Positions 46,111-56,583 of a stretch of DNA of 64,000 bases are shown here, piece by piece. The stretch lies in IMG/VR virus record IMGVR_UViG_3300028582_000237, positions 2,641 through 66,640 of that record, one strand, 5' to 3'. The stretch is from a virus. Its lineage: Duplodnaviria > Caudoviricetes. Under the pieces are notes generated by a model, which saw nothing but the letters and a program-made list of their open reading frames with translations, was not told the origin of the DNA and did no database searches. A program made the position numbers and the translations under genes. The number at the start of each line of letters is the position of its first letter. Positions within the stretch are counted from its first letter, which is position 1.

Positions 46111-47105
46111 TTCATCTCCGGGTTTTCATTGTGCAATACTCCGTCCAACAGGCGCCCTGCATTTTTCTTTCCTATCTTTAAATAGCTTTGATTTTCAGTT
46201 TGACGAATATTTTTGGGCACGCCATATCTTGTCATTTTTGATTTTACAAAATCTTCGTCCACTGGTAGCCACGCACCCCACTGTTTAAATAAAAAGGGTA
46301 CATTGGCTTCTATACATTGTTCTTTTATTTTGCGCACCCATTCCGGGTGCATTGGCCTTGCTCCCGGGCCGCTTTCACCTCCAACTACTACCCAGTCAAG
46401 ACCTGGCCTGCACCTTTCGTCATGGTGATGGTGTAATTCTCTTGGACATTCTGTAGTTCCGATACCATAATGCTTACCAGTACATCCTCTTTGGCCGCCA
46501 ATCCATATGGTGCCCCCTAAACTGCTTTTGAGATTAATCTCTTCTAACATAGGTTCTATACTAATCCATGCCTTTATTCTACCAAATAGAGCTTTTATTT
46601 TTAACAATTCTGGAATTCTTGAATCTGCCATGTTTTGATTTTCAGTTGTTGTTCCTATCCAGATATTATTCTTTAAATCACTCCTTTCATAAGTCCCAGA
46701 ATCAAGAATCCATTCGTGAAACTCTACTGCTCTAACTATTCTTTTTGTTAGAATTTGATAAATATGTTGGGGGTTAAGCAGCATCTGGTTATATACTTTA
46801 AGTATAAATTCAAATGGTATCTGTGGATGGAAAAGATCACTCATTGAATCAATGAAAAACTTTGTAGGCGTTTTACGCTCCACATCTTTTTCCATTGCCT
46901 CAATATCAAGTACAATTTTCCCGGTCCAATTAATAGTCCCATTATTATCTTTGTAACTCAGACCTGTATATTTCTTTTGCCCCATTTTTTCTAATCTATA
47001 TGCCATGCGTGCTGCATAACAGTTTTCGCATCCTGGTGACTTTCTGGAACATCCTTTTGTCGGATTAGTTGAACGGTCTGTCCATATAATGTTTGATTTT
47101 GCCAT
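46107..47105 (-). CDS. Phage Gp37/Gp68 (DUF5131) radical-SAM-like protein
   Basis: I.WTD...NP..GC...SPGC.NCYA, F..SMSDLFH, QILTKR, S.EPML, WV.VGGESGPGARPMHP.W, PF.FKQWG. Start at MAKSNI (47105). Confidence 0.93.
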   Translation of the reverse strand: MAKSNIIWTDRSTNPTKGCSRKSPGCENCYAARMAYRLEKMGQKKYTGLSYKDNNGTINWTGKIVLDIEAMEKDVERKTPTKFFIDSMSDLFHPQIPFEFILKVYNQMLLNPQHIYQILTKRIVRAVEFHEWILDSGTYERSDLKNNIWIGTTTENQNMADSRIPELLKIKALFGRIKAWISIEPMLEEINLKSSLGGTIWIGGQRGCTGKHYGIGTTECPRELHHHHDERCRPGLDWVVVGGESGPGARPMHPEWVRKIKEQCIEANVPFLFKQWGAWLPVDEDFVKSKMTRYGVPKNIRQTENQSYLKIGKKNAGRLLDGVLHNENPEMK

Positions 47106-47121
47106 ATTTGATTCCTGATAA

Positions 47122-47151
47122 TTTGCAGGGAGCGCCTTTGCTCCCTGCAAA
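47122..47151. other. Perfect 12-bp hairpin upstream of the DUF5131 gene
   Basis: TTTGCAGGGAGC-N6-GCTCCCTGCAAA; no clear U-tract on the minus strand. Confidence 0.6.
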
Positions 47152-47731
47152 GAGGCTAACAATATTGTTATTTTCTTATTTTCTTTTAGTTAATTACTGC
47201 GAGCTCCGCAGCTGGAGTCCTGTGGTAAGGGGTTATCAGGCTCCCCAATGCTTGAGCCGCGGCTTATGGCAATTTAGGCCATACCTTATTTTAGTTAGCC
47301 TCACCTGATTAAGTTTTTCTTTACCGGCAGCTTTATTCAGTCTGGGCATCACCTCTGTTATATTTTCATAGTATTCCCCATAATTACCATTGTAGAATAT
47401 TGGAAATACGTTGCTGCCTATTGAATATGAGTTCATTTTAATATTTTACTTTTTCTTATATCTGTTTCTGATACTTTAATAGTAAATTTTTTGCCACACT
47501 TACATTTAAGCGTATCCTGACGATTAAAAAGAAACACTAATGAATAGTGACAATATGGACAATGAATCCATGCCTCAAATTTTTTCTTTCTTTTCATAAT
47601 TTTCCCATTCGTCATAATAAGTTTCCTTGTTTATACCCCGAAACGATTGATATATAATGAACGCTATTACTAATGGGACTCCTATTAACACTAAACCAAT
47701 TATTTCAAGGTAGTTCATAATCCTAACCTTA

Positions 47732-48361
47732 TTAGTTATTAGCTCTGGCCATTATTTGTTTATAATATTTCAATGCAACTGATTTGGAATAAAACCCGAG
47801 TATGTTGTATACCAGGTAAAAATCCAGGTTCCACTTATATTCTTCCTGTAGATTAAATATTGCTTGCTTATATAATTCATAGAATGAAAGTCTTTTACAA
47901 TTTGCATAACCTCCTTCGAAGGATGAGTCTGAATTTCTGTAACCCCACCAGTAAACAGATAATGTATTATTATAGAACATATCACGCCCAAAATTCCTAT
48001 GGTCTATTACATAAGCAAGTCTTTCAATTTCGGAATCTTCCCCGGTGAAAGAAAATATTCTATACATATTTTCATTATTTTTAATCTTCCTGTTTAGTAT
48101 TCCTATGCAGTAAGGATTCTGGCGGTCAACCTGCTTGACTAAACCTTTTAGATCCTTCAACTTATATTCTACTATAAACATATTCCCGTTATTACAAATA
48201 AATAGCATATCCGAATGATCATTGCCATAATTCCGCGGTACTTCCGGAATAAATCTGTGTTTAGTGGGAATTAATATGCCTGATATAATTTTTGTTACAT
48301 CTTTACACATTTCAACTTCACTTTTATATTTAATATGAAACTCTATTTGCTGCTGTTCCAT
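47732..48361 (-). CDS. PD-(D/E)XK-like hypothetical protein
   Basis: FIPEV......SDML......FIVEYKL pattern. Confidence 0.55.
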   Translation of the reverse strand: MEQQQIEFHIKYKSEVEMCKDVTKIISGILIPTKHRFIPEVPRNYGNDHSDMLFICNNGNMFIVEYKLKDLKGLVKQVDRQNPYCIGILNRKIKNNENMYRIFSFTGEDSEIERLAYVIDHRNFGRDMFYNNTLSVYWWGYRNSDSSFEGGYANCKRLSFYELYKQAIFNLQEEYKWNLDFYLVYNILGFYSKSVALKYYKQIMARANN

Positions 48362-48387
48362 TCACGTCTGTTACTCTGTATACTCAT

Positions 48388-48654
48388 TTATTGTACTCCC
48401 ATTGCTTCGTACAACCTCTTCCTGGCATCCGGATATAGGGCCTCATAATCAGGATCTGATTCACCTAAAACGTATCTGCTGCCGCTTTTTGTGGTTATTG
48501 TATCCTTATCTATTCGGATAACCGGGGACGTTTGTATAAATTCACCATCTTTGAAAACCGGATGCCCATAAACCACGCCCATTAAATGAGTAGATTTGGG
48601 TTTTGATAGGTCAAATTTTGTATCAATGATAAACCATTTTTCAAGTTTTGGCAT
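48388..48654 (-). CDS. Conserved small phage protein
   Basis: L.G.VYGHP.F.DG..I.TS........T.SG..Y.LG. Confidence 0.7.
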   Translation of the reverse strand: MPKLEKWFIIDTKFDLSKPKSTHLMGVVYGHPVFKDGEFIQTSPVIRIDKDTITTKSGSRYVLGESDPDYEALYPDARKRLYEAMGVQ

Positions 48655-48656
48655 TT

Positions 48657-49073
48657 TTACTCCTTAGTTATTATTTCCCAGCGAATAGGATCCAGATCAA
48701 AAGGATTACAATTGTGTGTATCACCTAATAAAGCTAACTGCTTATTATGTTGATGCCACTTAGCAGCATCAGGCCCTTCAATTGATATTATCTTATCTGT
48801 AAACTCAATTGTAACTTTAATAGGAATATTTGGACTTGGCATCAACTGGTCTTTAATGCTACATCGCAATTTATGCGGTGATCCAAAATTTTCTTTCTCG
48901 CTTGTGGATAATTCATCAAGGGATATTCTAAGCTTAAGACAACTTTCTTCTGGATCATAAATAATATTGGGATTTTCTTTAACCAGTTTATTTATGATTT
49001 TAGCTAAGATTTTATCCGCGGAATAATTCACCGCTAATATTTGCAGGGGTTCTATTGAATTCTTGTTTGCCAT
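48657..49073 (-). CDS. Hypothetical protein
   Basis: 138-aa co-oriented ORF, SD GGAG. Confidence 0.55.
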   Translation of the reverse strand: MANKNSIEPLQILAVNYSADKILAKIINKLVKENPNIIYDPEESCLKLRISLDELSTSEKENFGSPHKLRCSIKDQLMPSPNIPIKVTIEFTDKIISIEGPDAAKWHQHNKQLALLGDTHNCNPFDLDPIRWEIITKE

Positions 49074-49143
49074 AAAATCTCCAACTTTTTATATTAGCCG
49101 GTTTTACATTGTTGAGGAATTGCAATGTACTCCGGCTGTTTAT

Positions 49144-51891
49144 CTAATTATACTGATTAACACATTTAATCTGGTCTTCACCGAAAACTATCTTCTGGGG
49201 TATAATTTCCAATATTTCGGATCTATGTGTAATGACAAGAGTATTATATACATGACTTCTTTCATGGGCCTGCCTAATCATTTCCACATAATGATTAGCA
49301 TTATCTATATCAAGCGCACCATCTTTCTCATCAAAGAATGCAGTCTGAATGTTCTTGCCCTGGTCTCTCGTGATTTGTGCTATTGCCAGTTGAATTGCTG
49401 TCTCAATCCATACTTGCTGCCCACCCGATTTATTTGCCAGCTCACAAACCCCGTCCTCATCGATAACGTTTATTTCAAATACCTCTTTAATTTTTTTATC
49501 TTTTTTAGTTAAAGAAGTTGTTTCAAATACTATCCGGAATTGGTTATCAAATAGCCCTAATAATTCATTAACAATTGAAGTTATTAGCGTAGCTGTGTTT
49601 TCTAGCTTCAGTACTGGGATACCCGTTTTATCATATGCTTTTACCAGAAAACCATATTCTTTTATTTCTTTATTTATAAAGCTGATTTCTGCTTCTTTAG
49701 CATTTATATCATCCTGTTTTCTGACTTTTTCAACAAGTTGATTCTCCATTTCAGTTATTTTAATAATTTGCTGCTGCTGTAAGGATATACTTTCCTCTAT
49801 ATCCTTTTTAAGACTCTCAAGTGCTATCATATTTTTTTCAAGTGCATCTTCCACTTTAATAAGAATTAAATCTAAAGCAGGAAAAAGTTTTGCCTTTAAT
49901 GCTTTAATTTCTTTTTCGAGTCTGATAATATTTGCATCAAAATTATTATGCAGATTACCCTTTTTGTTTGAATACTCTTTAACAATTGCGGCCCTTTCAT
50001 TATTAGCTGCCAGGGTTAAGGCTGTAATCTTTTCTTTGCTGTTTCTTTTTGCACCTTCAATCTGATGCTGAATGGATATCTTCTGCTGGGATAAAGCTAT
50101 TTTACTTTTCCTCTTTTCTTCTGCAAGGTCTTTTAGCCCGGATATCTCAATTTCCATTTTTGAGATTTCTTTTTCTGCTGACTGCAGTTCTTCATTAAGG
50201 TTTTCCCAGTTACTTTTATTTATTTCAACTAACCTGGATGCTATTTCCTTGAGTTCTTTGTCAATGATGTTAATCTTTGCTGTGAATTCAGTTATTGGAT
50301 TAATGTATTTAACTTCAATTTCAGAAATCAATTGGGCCAAATCTGAATTTACGTGGATTTGTTCCCTTTCCTTTTCGCCAATTTCATATTTTGTATGTTC
50401 TTTTTTGTTTAAGATTTGGGATATTTTATCATTGTATTCTGCCAGAAGTACCGGCAATGACTTCTTATTGTCATGAGCTTTATTCAAATAAAAGCACACT
50501 TTGCAATTATCAGAATATTGAACCTTTGATATATTTTCTATTTCTATATTTAATTCGGCGACCTTATTATCCCGTTCTGTAGTTAATCTTGTTACTTCTT
50601 CCTCAAAGGTGTATAATTCATTTTCAGCTATACTTAGTTCAGTGTAAAGTGCCTGCTGCTTATTCTTTAACTTATTCTTTTCTTCCACCGCAGCTTTTTC
50701 TTCAACCTGCAGAACATTAATTTTTAATAACAGATCATTCTTTGATGTGGTTAGATTAGCTGCCTTAACTGATAATCCCTGTTTTTCCTTTATAGTATTT
50801 TCAATAATCTCTTTGTTTTGCAGTATTTTCTTTGCGCGGGAAATATTGGAGTTCTTTTTGTTAATATGCTCATTTAGGCAAGATATTTCATTATCTATAT
50901 CAGTCTGCTGATCATAAATAATATTTTCTTCTTTTTTAAATTTCTCCTCTGTCTCTTCCTGTTCTTTTTTAATTAATTCAATCTTTTTACTGCTTTCGTT
51001 ACTTAAATCAAATGATAAAAGTGTATTTTCTTCCTCACCGTTTATCTTTGATAAATCAATATTGTAATTTTCTGTATATGTGTTTTTTTCTTTTTCCTTA
51101 CCAGCAATATCAGTTTTAACAGATTCTTCAGCCTGAATCTTTATCTTCATATTTGCAATATTTGTTCTGAGAATTTCTATGCTTGATTCAAGTTCTTTTT
51201 CTTCCAGCTGCTTCTGCTTTATTTTTTCTTTTAGTCCCAAACCCAGGTATCTTAACTCCTTAATATCCAGTTCTGAGACCTCCATTCTTTCTACATCTTC
51301 CCTCAATACTTTAATCTCGCCTTCAACTGTTGCCAGCTTTAATTCTTCCGTCTGGAGGGCTTTCTTTGCTCTTTGGCAGTATAATTCGTAGTTATCCAGG
51401 CTTAATAGTTCATAAAACAATTCTCTGCGCTCTGCTGGCTTTAATGCTGCAATACCGCGGCTTTTCTGGCCTGAGAATACTGAGTTAAAAAAGAGTTTTT
51501 CACTCCCCAGCAACTTTTCAACCTCTGTATCATAAGAGGTGACTTTACCATCAGCATTAACCGGGACATTGTTTTTAAATAAATAAGCTTCGCTGCTGTC
51601 TGTTAAGGCATCAATAAAGATTTTCGATTCGTATGTATTCCCTTTATATTCAAATTTTAATATTCTGTAGGAGTCTTTAAGTTCAAAATGATCTGATAAC
51701 TTCCCTATTCTGCTAACTAATCTCCTGTAAGGGTGCAGATTTTCCATAACTGTCGTTTTCCCCGAACCATTTTTCCCTGTAAGTGTTACCAACCCTGAGC
51801 TGAATTGATCAAAATTTATTTCTATTTCCTCAAGGCCCATGCCTTTCCTGATTCCGATTGCACCTTTTAATTTTAAGCTTATTAGCCTCAT
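49144..51891 (-). CDS. sbcC: SbcC/Rad50-like SMC ATPase
   Basis: Walker A TGKNGSGKTT, FFNSVFSGQ, long coiled coil with central CKVC zinc hook, signature KSGGQ, Walker B FFDE.DGALD, VITH. Confidence 0.93.
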   Translation of the reverse strand: MRLISLKLKGAIGIRKGMGLEEIEINFDQFSSGLVTLTGKNGSGKTTVMENLHPYRRLVSRIGKLSDHFELKDSYRILKFEYKGNTYESKIFIDALTDSSEAYLFKNNVPVNADGKVTSYDTEVEKLLGSEKLFFNSVFSGQKSRGIAALKPAERRELFYELLSLDNYELYCQRAKKALQTEELKLATVEGEIKVLREDVERMEVSELDIKELRYLGLGLKEKIKQKQLEEKELESSIEILRTNIANMKIKIQAEESVKTDIAGKEKEKNTYTENYNIDLSKINGEEENTLLSFDLSNESSKKIELIKKEQEETEEKFKKEENIIYDQQTDIDNEISCLNEHINKKNSNISRAKKILQNKEIIENTIKEKQGLSVKAANLTTSKNDLLLKINVLQVEEKAAVEEKNKLKNKQQALYTELSIAENELYTFEEEVTRLTTERDNKVAELNIEIENISKVQYSDNCKVCFYLNKAHDNKKSLPVLLAEYNDKISQILNKKEHTKYEIGEKEREQIHVNSDLAQLISEIEVKYINPITEFTAKINIIDKELKEIASRLVEINKSNWENLNEELQSAEKEISKMEIEISGLKDLAEEKRKSKIALSQQKISIQHQIEGAKRNSKEKITALTLAANNERAAIVKEYSNKKGNLHNNFDANIIRLEKEIKALKAKLFPALDLILIKVEDALEKNMIALESLKKDIEESISLQQQQIIKITEMENQLVEKVRKQDDINAKEAEISFINKEIKEYGFLVKAYDKTGIPVLKLENTATLITSIVNELLGLFDNQFRIVFETTSLTKKDKKIKEVFEINVIDEDGVCELANKSGGQQVWIETAIQLAIAQITRDQGKNIQTAFFDEKDGALDIDNANHYVEMIRQAHERSHVYNTLVITHRSEILEIIPQKIVFGEDQIKCVNQYN

Positions 51892-51920
51892 TTTTTTGCT
51901 CCGTAAAATTTTATAGACTT

Positions 51921-53561
51921 TTAATTGATCTGGCTTTGTAACCAGTTTTTTCTTTTCTTTAATTCGGGTAATGTTTCATCATCAATTCGTTTGCCTCCCT
52001 GCCTGATCCAATCTTTGTGGGCAACATCCCAATCAATAGAACCATTGCCTTTTTGTTTTGCATATGTTTTTGCAAGGGTATTTATTTCTTCTCTTATAAT
52101 TTTTTTCTGTTCAAACAATGGTGGCGGTGCTGTATTAGTTATTATTTTAGCCCCGCTTGTTACTTTTGTTGCCACTGCTACGGGCAGGTTAAACATGCTT
52201 GCTACTTTATCATCAAAGGATATTTCAAACTGGTGGCTGCCCGTCACTTCACTTGCTACAGCTTCGAATACTTTTTTATTCCTGTCACCTTTTGGTGTTG
52301 GATCCTCACCCTCATAATCACTTTCTTTTTTCTCTTTTGTCCCTTTTTCTTTTACTTTATCCAGGGCATGTTCCCGCTCTGTCTCTATTTGGGTAGCAAA
52401 GCTTAATAATACCGGGTCCATTGGCATGAAAAGAAAAGCATCCTGAGCATCTAAATGGGCCAGAACTCTTACAAAGCGTCCAACAAATTGCCTGAAATAA
52501 AGTTCACTGCGAATGTTTGTTGCATAAACACCAACCCGTAACCGCGGTATATCAACTCCTTCAGAGATCATTTTGCAGGATACTATCCACTTACGAGCAT
52601 TATCCCTGAATTCCTTAATCTTTCTGGAGGATTGCTTATCATCAGATATAACTATCTCAGGATATTCACCGGTTATGTCTTCAACAAGATCCTGAATTCT
52701 TCTTGCGTGTTCCTGATCGATAGCAGTAATCAATCCCCCTGCATCTGAATGGAATTCTTCTGTTCTTATTTGGCTTAATTTTTTATCAGCAGCTGTAATA
52801 AGTTCTCGCATAAAATCTCCGTCCGTATCAAGAGCGGTTCTTAATCTTTCGCTGCTTTGAGTATCGTCAAGAGCATCATCAAAAGTGTGAATATGAGTTT
52901 CTCCGTCTACTCTCCACTCCATTTTGCCATTGTATGCTGGGAAATAGACCATACGGCAAACACCGTCAATTATAGCTTGTGTATAGGTGTAAGTGTAATC
53001 TGCCTGAGAAACTCCATTTACATATTTGATAAAAGGAATCATATTCTTATCACTGCGGAAGGCTGTCCCAGATAAACATAATTTAAATATGGCTTCTTCA
53101 AATGCATATAATACAGCATCACCCCAAACTTTGTTTTCTCCGAGGTGGTGTATCTCGTCAATAATTACCAGAGTTTTTGAACTCTTTGTTAAATTTGCAT
53201 GAACTGAAGGGTTCGCTCCAATTGCAGCATAAGTAGTCACAATTCCATGATATTCACTGCTTTCCCTTCCCATATTGTTTTCAAAATAAGGATCAAGATT
53301 GATTCCATAATAAGCTGCATCAATGGCCCATTGTTTACAAAGATGATCTGTTGGAACTAAGATGGCCAATCTTTTTGCGAAACCAGTAAATAATGCATTA
53401 TGCGCGACCCGCATTCCAAAACGTGTTTTTCCGGATCCTGGAACCCCTTCACACATGAATCTATCAAAATCGACTGCTTGCCTCTGTTTTGCTTTTGTCG
53501 CTTCAAATGCTTCACCCTGCCAGTTTCTAAGTGGGTGATTCCAAAATCCTAAATTTTTCAT
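51921..53561 (-). CDS. SF2 DEAD/DEAH-like helicase
   Basis: LR.WQ, GVPGSGKT, IIDEIHH, LSGTAFRSD, M.SEGVDIP.L, RQFVGR.VR. Confidence 0.93.
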   Translation of the reverse strand: MKNLGFWNHPLRNWQGEAFEATKAKQRQAVDFDRFMCEGVPGSGKTRFGMRVAHNALFTGFAKRLAILVPTDHLCKQWAIDAAYYGINLDPYFENNMGRESSEYHGIVTTYAAIGANPSVHANLTKSSKTLVIIDEIHHLGENKVWGDAVLYAFEEAIFKLCLSGTAFRSDKNMIPFIKYVNGVSQADYTYTYTQAIIDGVCRMVYFPAYNGKMEWRVDGETHIHTFDDALDDTQSSERLRTALDTDGDFMRELITAADKKLSQIRTEEFHSDAGGLITAIDQEHARRIQDLVEDITGEYPEIVISDDKQSSRKIKEFRDNARKWIVSCKMISEGVDIPRLRVGVYATNIRSELYFRQFVGRFVRVLAHLDAQDAFLFMPMDPVLLSFATQIETEREHALDKVKEKGTKEKKESDYEGEDPTPKGDRNKKVFEAVASEVTGSHQFEISFDDKVASMFNLPVAVATKVTSGAKIITNTAPPPLFEQKKIIREEINTLAKTYAKQKGNGSIDWDVAHKDWIRQGGKRIDDETLPELKKRKNWLQSQIN

Positions 53562-53577
53562 GTATAGTGTTCAGCCT

Positions 53578-53922
53578 TTATATGTTAACTTTATTAAAAT
53601 CAAATACTTCTATCAATATGTCCCCATCTTTTACAATCACCGGTGCAATATTAAAAAGTCCATATGCAGCATAATTACACGGCTTTGTTCCTTTATACCA
53701 ATCCCCTCCAGAATATCTGCCTATACATTCTGTATAGGCAGAATTAGGTGTTGCCCCCTTATCTTTATAAGGCTTAAAATCTGATACTTTTTGAATGTTT
53801 CCGCATCCTGGACATACAAATTCCCATCCCATAACATCTTCTCCAAACAAATCCTTTCCTTTCTGTAACCACTCTTCTTTACTAATTTTTCTTTTTTCGA
53901 TTGTTTCTTTAGTCTTGTTCAT
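53578..53922 (-). CDS. VVA0879-like protein
   Basis: W.FVCP.CG..Q...DF......AY.ECIGR.......CN.AAYGL. Confidence 0.75.
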   Translation of the reverse strand: MNKTKETIEKRKISKEEWLQKGKDLFGEDVMGWEFVCPGCGNIQKVSDFKPYKDKGATPNSAYTECIGRYSGGDWYKGTKPCNYAAYGLFNIAPVIVKDGDILIEVFDFNKVNI

Positions 53923-54161
53923 ACAACTTCCTGTTTAAATTCTTCTCTTAATCTGGCAGATAATGAATCCCACGTTTCTGACTTCATTTGAATTCCATTA
54001 ATATCAGGCATTATTTCTAAGTGAAGAAAAGTATTGCAATTAGGGCAGCTGGTATGTCCAACATTAAAACCCATCTCCATCAATATGGATGGTTCTATAG
54101 TAAAATCGGAATTACATACTGCGCATCTGCAGTTATATGAAGTTAGTAAGTTGGTTTTCAT
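53919..54161 (-). CDS. Small zinc-ribbon protein
   Basis: C.C..C...CP.C. Confidence 0.55.
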   Translation of the reverse strand: MKTNLLTSYNCRCAVCNSDFTIEPSILMEMGFNVGHTSCPNCNTFLHLEIMPDINGIQMKSETWDSLSARLREEFKQEVV

Positions 54162-55414
54162 AAACTTACTCCTTCTTCTTCTATTGCAATTCTGTCTTTC
54201 ATACGTCCCTCATGTTGAAAAGGCAATTCTGAAAATTCAATTTCCCCAGACTCTATTACAGAAATTTTCTTTTTAATTGAATTGGTAATTTCAATATTAA
54301 CTACCTTACCATATTCAACTGTTTCTTCAGTGAGGTTATTTGCCTTCATGATGTCCTCAGACCTGCTTTCTCTCTGTACTGGTACCACAATTGGAACTAT
54401 TTTAGCATCCATGCCGATAAGGTTTTTAAGTTCATCTATTTTATCTTCAGTAACCAATGCTCTGTCTGTTTCCGAAACAGTATAATCAAATTTAACTTCA
54501 GCGTTGGCTGGGATACCTGCTGTATCAAGAACAAATCTTCCATCCTTAAACTCGGTTTTAATATTTACCATCGGTCTGGCTGCTTTTAATGGCACTTTCT
54601 TAACATCTATCCCGGTTCCGGTAAATTGAACAACATTAAAATATTTCTGTTCTATTTCGCCAAAATTCTTATTATAGAAACTTCCGGAATACATCATATT
54701 AGCAGTAATTTCCTGCGGAAGATGTATATGCCCAAGTGCGTAATAATCGCAGTTTGCGCGCATGAGGCTATGTGGGGATATAATAATATCCTGTCCTAAA
54801 ACCGGCTGTCCGTTCTGCATTCTTGCGCCCTGGACATTTCCGTGGAAGCCAAGAACTTTAGGACAATTAAAATGATTGTTCGTCATGCCAAAAAGGTCCA
54901 TCATTTTATCAAATAATGAACAAAAATTATTGTTATTTGTGTCGATGTTCGTATCGGTTATAATGTTTGATTTTGTAGGATATGGCATCATGTTAATCAG
55001 TATTTCAAAATCATTTGAAGTAAATTCTGATAAGTTTGGCTTTCTTAGTAGATCTTCCGGGCCTTTACCATCCCCCGGGAAAGCAAGTATTACAGGGTAT
55101 TCATAACTATAAATATTGGGAGATATCTGGTGCAGCATTGATATTGAACCTGTCCTGTCATGCGACTCATTTCCTTTTACAATAACAATCGCTTTTACAT
55201 GCAGGGCTAATTTTTTGAAATATTCATACGCTAAGTCTGCACCGCTTCCTTTCTCGTATGCCTGTTTTTCTTCAAAAACATCCCCCGGCACTACTATATA
55301 ATCAATATTGTTTTCTTGAACATGCTCTACTAACTGATCAAGGCTTTTTCTTGCCTTTTCCTTTTTGTCTGGCCTGGAATCTAAATGTAGATCGGCTGCA
55401 TGTAATATTTGCAC
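54158..55414 (-). CDS. sbcD: SbcD/Mre11-like metallophosphoesterase nuclease
   Basis: LHAADLHL, GDVF, GNESHD, GFHG, YYALGHIH..Q, YSGS.....FGE...K. Confidence 0.92.
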   Translation of the reverse strand: MQILHAADLHLDSRPDKKEKARKSLDQLVEHVQENNIDYIVVPGDVFEEKQAYEKGSGADLAYEYFKKLALHVKAIVIVKGNESHDRTGSISMLHQISPNIYSYEYPVILAFPGDGKGPEDLLRKPNLSEFTSNDFEILINMMPYPTKSNIITDTNIDTNNNNFCSLFDKMMDLFGMTNNHFNCPKVLGFHGNVQGARMQNGQPVLGQDIIISPHSLMRANCDYYALGHIHLPQEITANMMYSGSFYNKNFGEIEQKYFNVVQFTGTGIDVKKVPLKAARPMVNIKTEFKDGRFVLDTAGIPANAEVKFDYTVSETDRALVTEDKIDELKNLIGMDAKIVPIVVPVQRESRSEDIMKANNLTEETVEYGKVVNIEITNSIKKKISVIESGEIEFSELPFQHEGRMKDRIAIEEEGVSL

Positions 55415-55445
55415 AATATGCTCCTATAAAATAATATGACTTTAA

Positions 55446-56564
55446 TTAGAGACCTATTTCTTCTGGTTTATAATCTGCTGAATCTGGCAAGTCTAACAAT
55501 TCCCGGATAAATTGAATCTGCCTTTCAAGATTTGTAAGCTTAACATCAGCTGCTCCAATGGGATTTCCCTTCCTGTTTAGTTTTCCTTTCCGTTTTGCCA
55601 GGCTGACTAAATAGCTAGTTCTCTCCTCTGCAGAAGCATCTTTCCAATCTGCTGCTAACTGGTCCCGGTGATCTTTAATGGATATATCAGCGGGTCTGTG
55701 TTCATCGTAGTCATAACCCTCTTCTTTAATAATACTGGCAGGAATAGTATTCTGTTTTTCCTGAGAATGTTTTTCATTTTCAATATATTTTATTTCTGCT
55801 GCTTCAATCTGTCTTGGAGATTCATAAAGTTCATCCGTAATTCCTAATAATTGCATCGCGTATTTCTCCTGAACTCTCCCCCTGATATCCGGTGGTAATC
55901 TATTAATTACTTCATTTCTATCTTCAATAACACATGGGACTAAAAAGGGTTTGGTGGATAATTCTTCTTTTGAGTATGTGCCTTTGAGTTTTGATAAAGC
56001 TTTATTTATTGCGCGACTGATTGCATTGCTTTCTGCAAGTTGGCCAGCTTTTCCTCGGCGTTGGTTTACTGCTGTCCAGTTTACTTCTCCTTTTTTCAAT
56101 ACAACTTTGTCATATTTCTTTTTATCCTCTTTCGCTGTAAATTTTTCCACATCCTCTAAGTAACTATACTCGCCAGTGATATCACCGGTTTTTGTTGATC
56201 CGTCTATGCTTTTATATGTCCAGGTTACCTGGTGCTTAATAAATAGGACTCTGCCATTGGTTTCATCATACTTTTTCTCGATAACTCTGGGATTAGTAAT
56301 CATTACACCTGCTGCCTGAGCAATTTCATTCAGCTTCTGTAATTTCAGCGCATAGCCTCCATCTACATAATATGCATCTTGGTCTACATTTACCGGCACC
56401 TTCTGAAAACCTAATTTTAATTCCGGTCTTACGAAATTATACATCTCAGGAACCAGCGGAATCATTGTGCTGCTGACATTTGCTAAGAATATACTAAGAT
56501 CATTATTTTTGTTTATAACCGGTAATGTTGATGATTGTTTATTTGTGTTTGTTAGTTCGTTCAT
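55446..56564 (-). CDS. Putative single-strand annealing/recombination protein
   Basis: Directly upstream of sbcD; YAL...KL.EIA.AAG, AES.A..RAI..AL....TY..EEL.KPF pattern reminiscent of Rad52-fold phage annealases (inference). Confidence 0.55.
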   Translation of the reverse strand: MNELTNTNKQSSTLPVINKNNDLSIFLANVSSTMIPLVPEMYNFVRPELKLGFQKVPVNVDQDAYYVDGGYALKLQKLNEIAQAAGVMITNPRVIEKKYDETNGRVLFIKHQVTWTYKSIDGSTKTGDITGEYSYLEDVEKFTAKEDKKKYDKVVLKKGEVNWTAVNQRRGKAGQLAESNAISRAINKALSKLKGTYSKEELSTKPFLVPCVIEDRNEVINRLPPDIRGRVQEKYAMQLLGITDELYESPRQIEAAEIKYIENEKHSQEKQNTIPASIIKEEGYDYDEHRPADISIKDHRDQLAADWKDASAEERTSYLVSLAKRKGKLNRKGNPIGAADVKLTNLERQIQFIRELLDLPDSADYKPEEIGL

Positions 56565-56583
56565 TTCTATTCCTTTTGCTTAT

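Noticed and set aside
47732-48361. Restriction-modification system formed by PD-(D/E)XK proteins and the methyltransferases
   Set aside because: The nuclease-like genes are not adjacent to the methyltransferases in an RM-like arrangement and resemble common phage MmcB/Vsr-like proteins.
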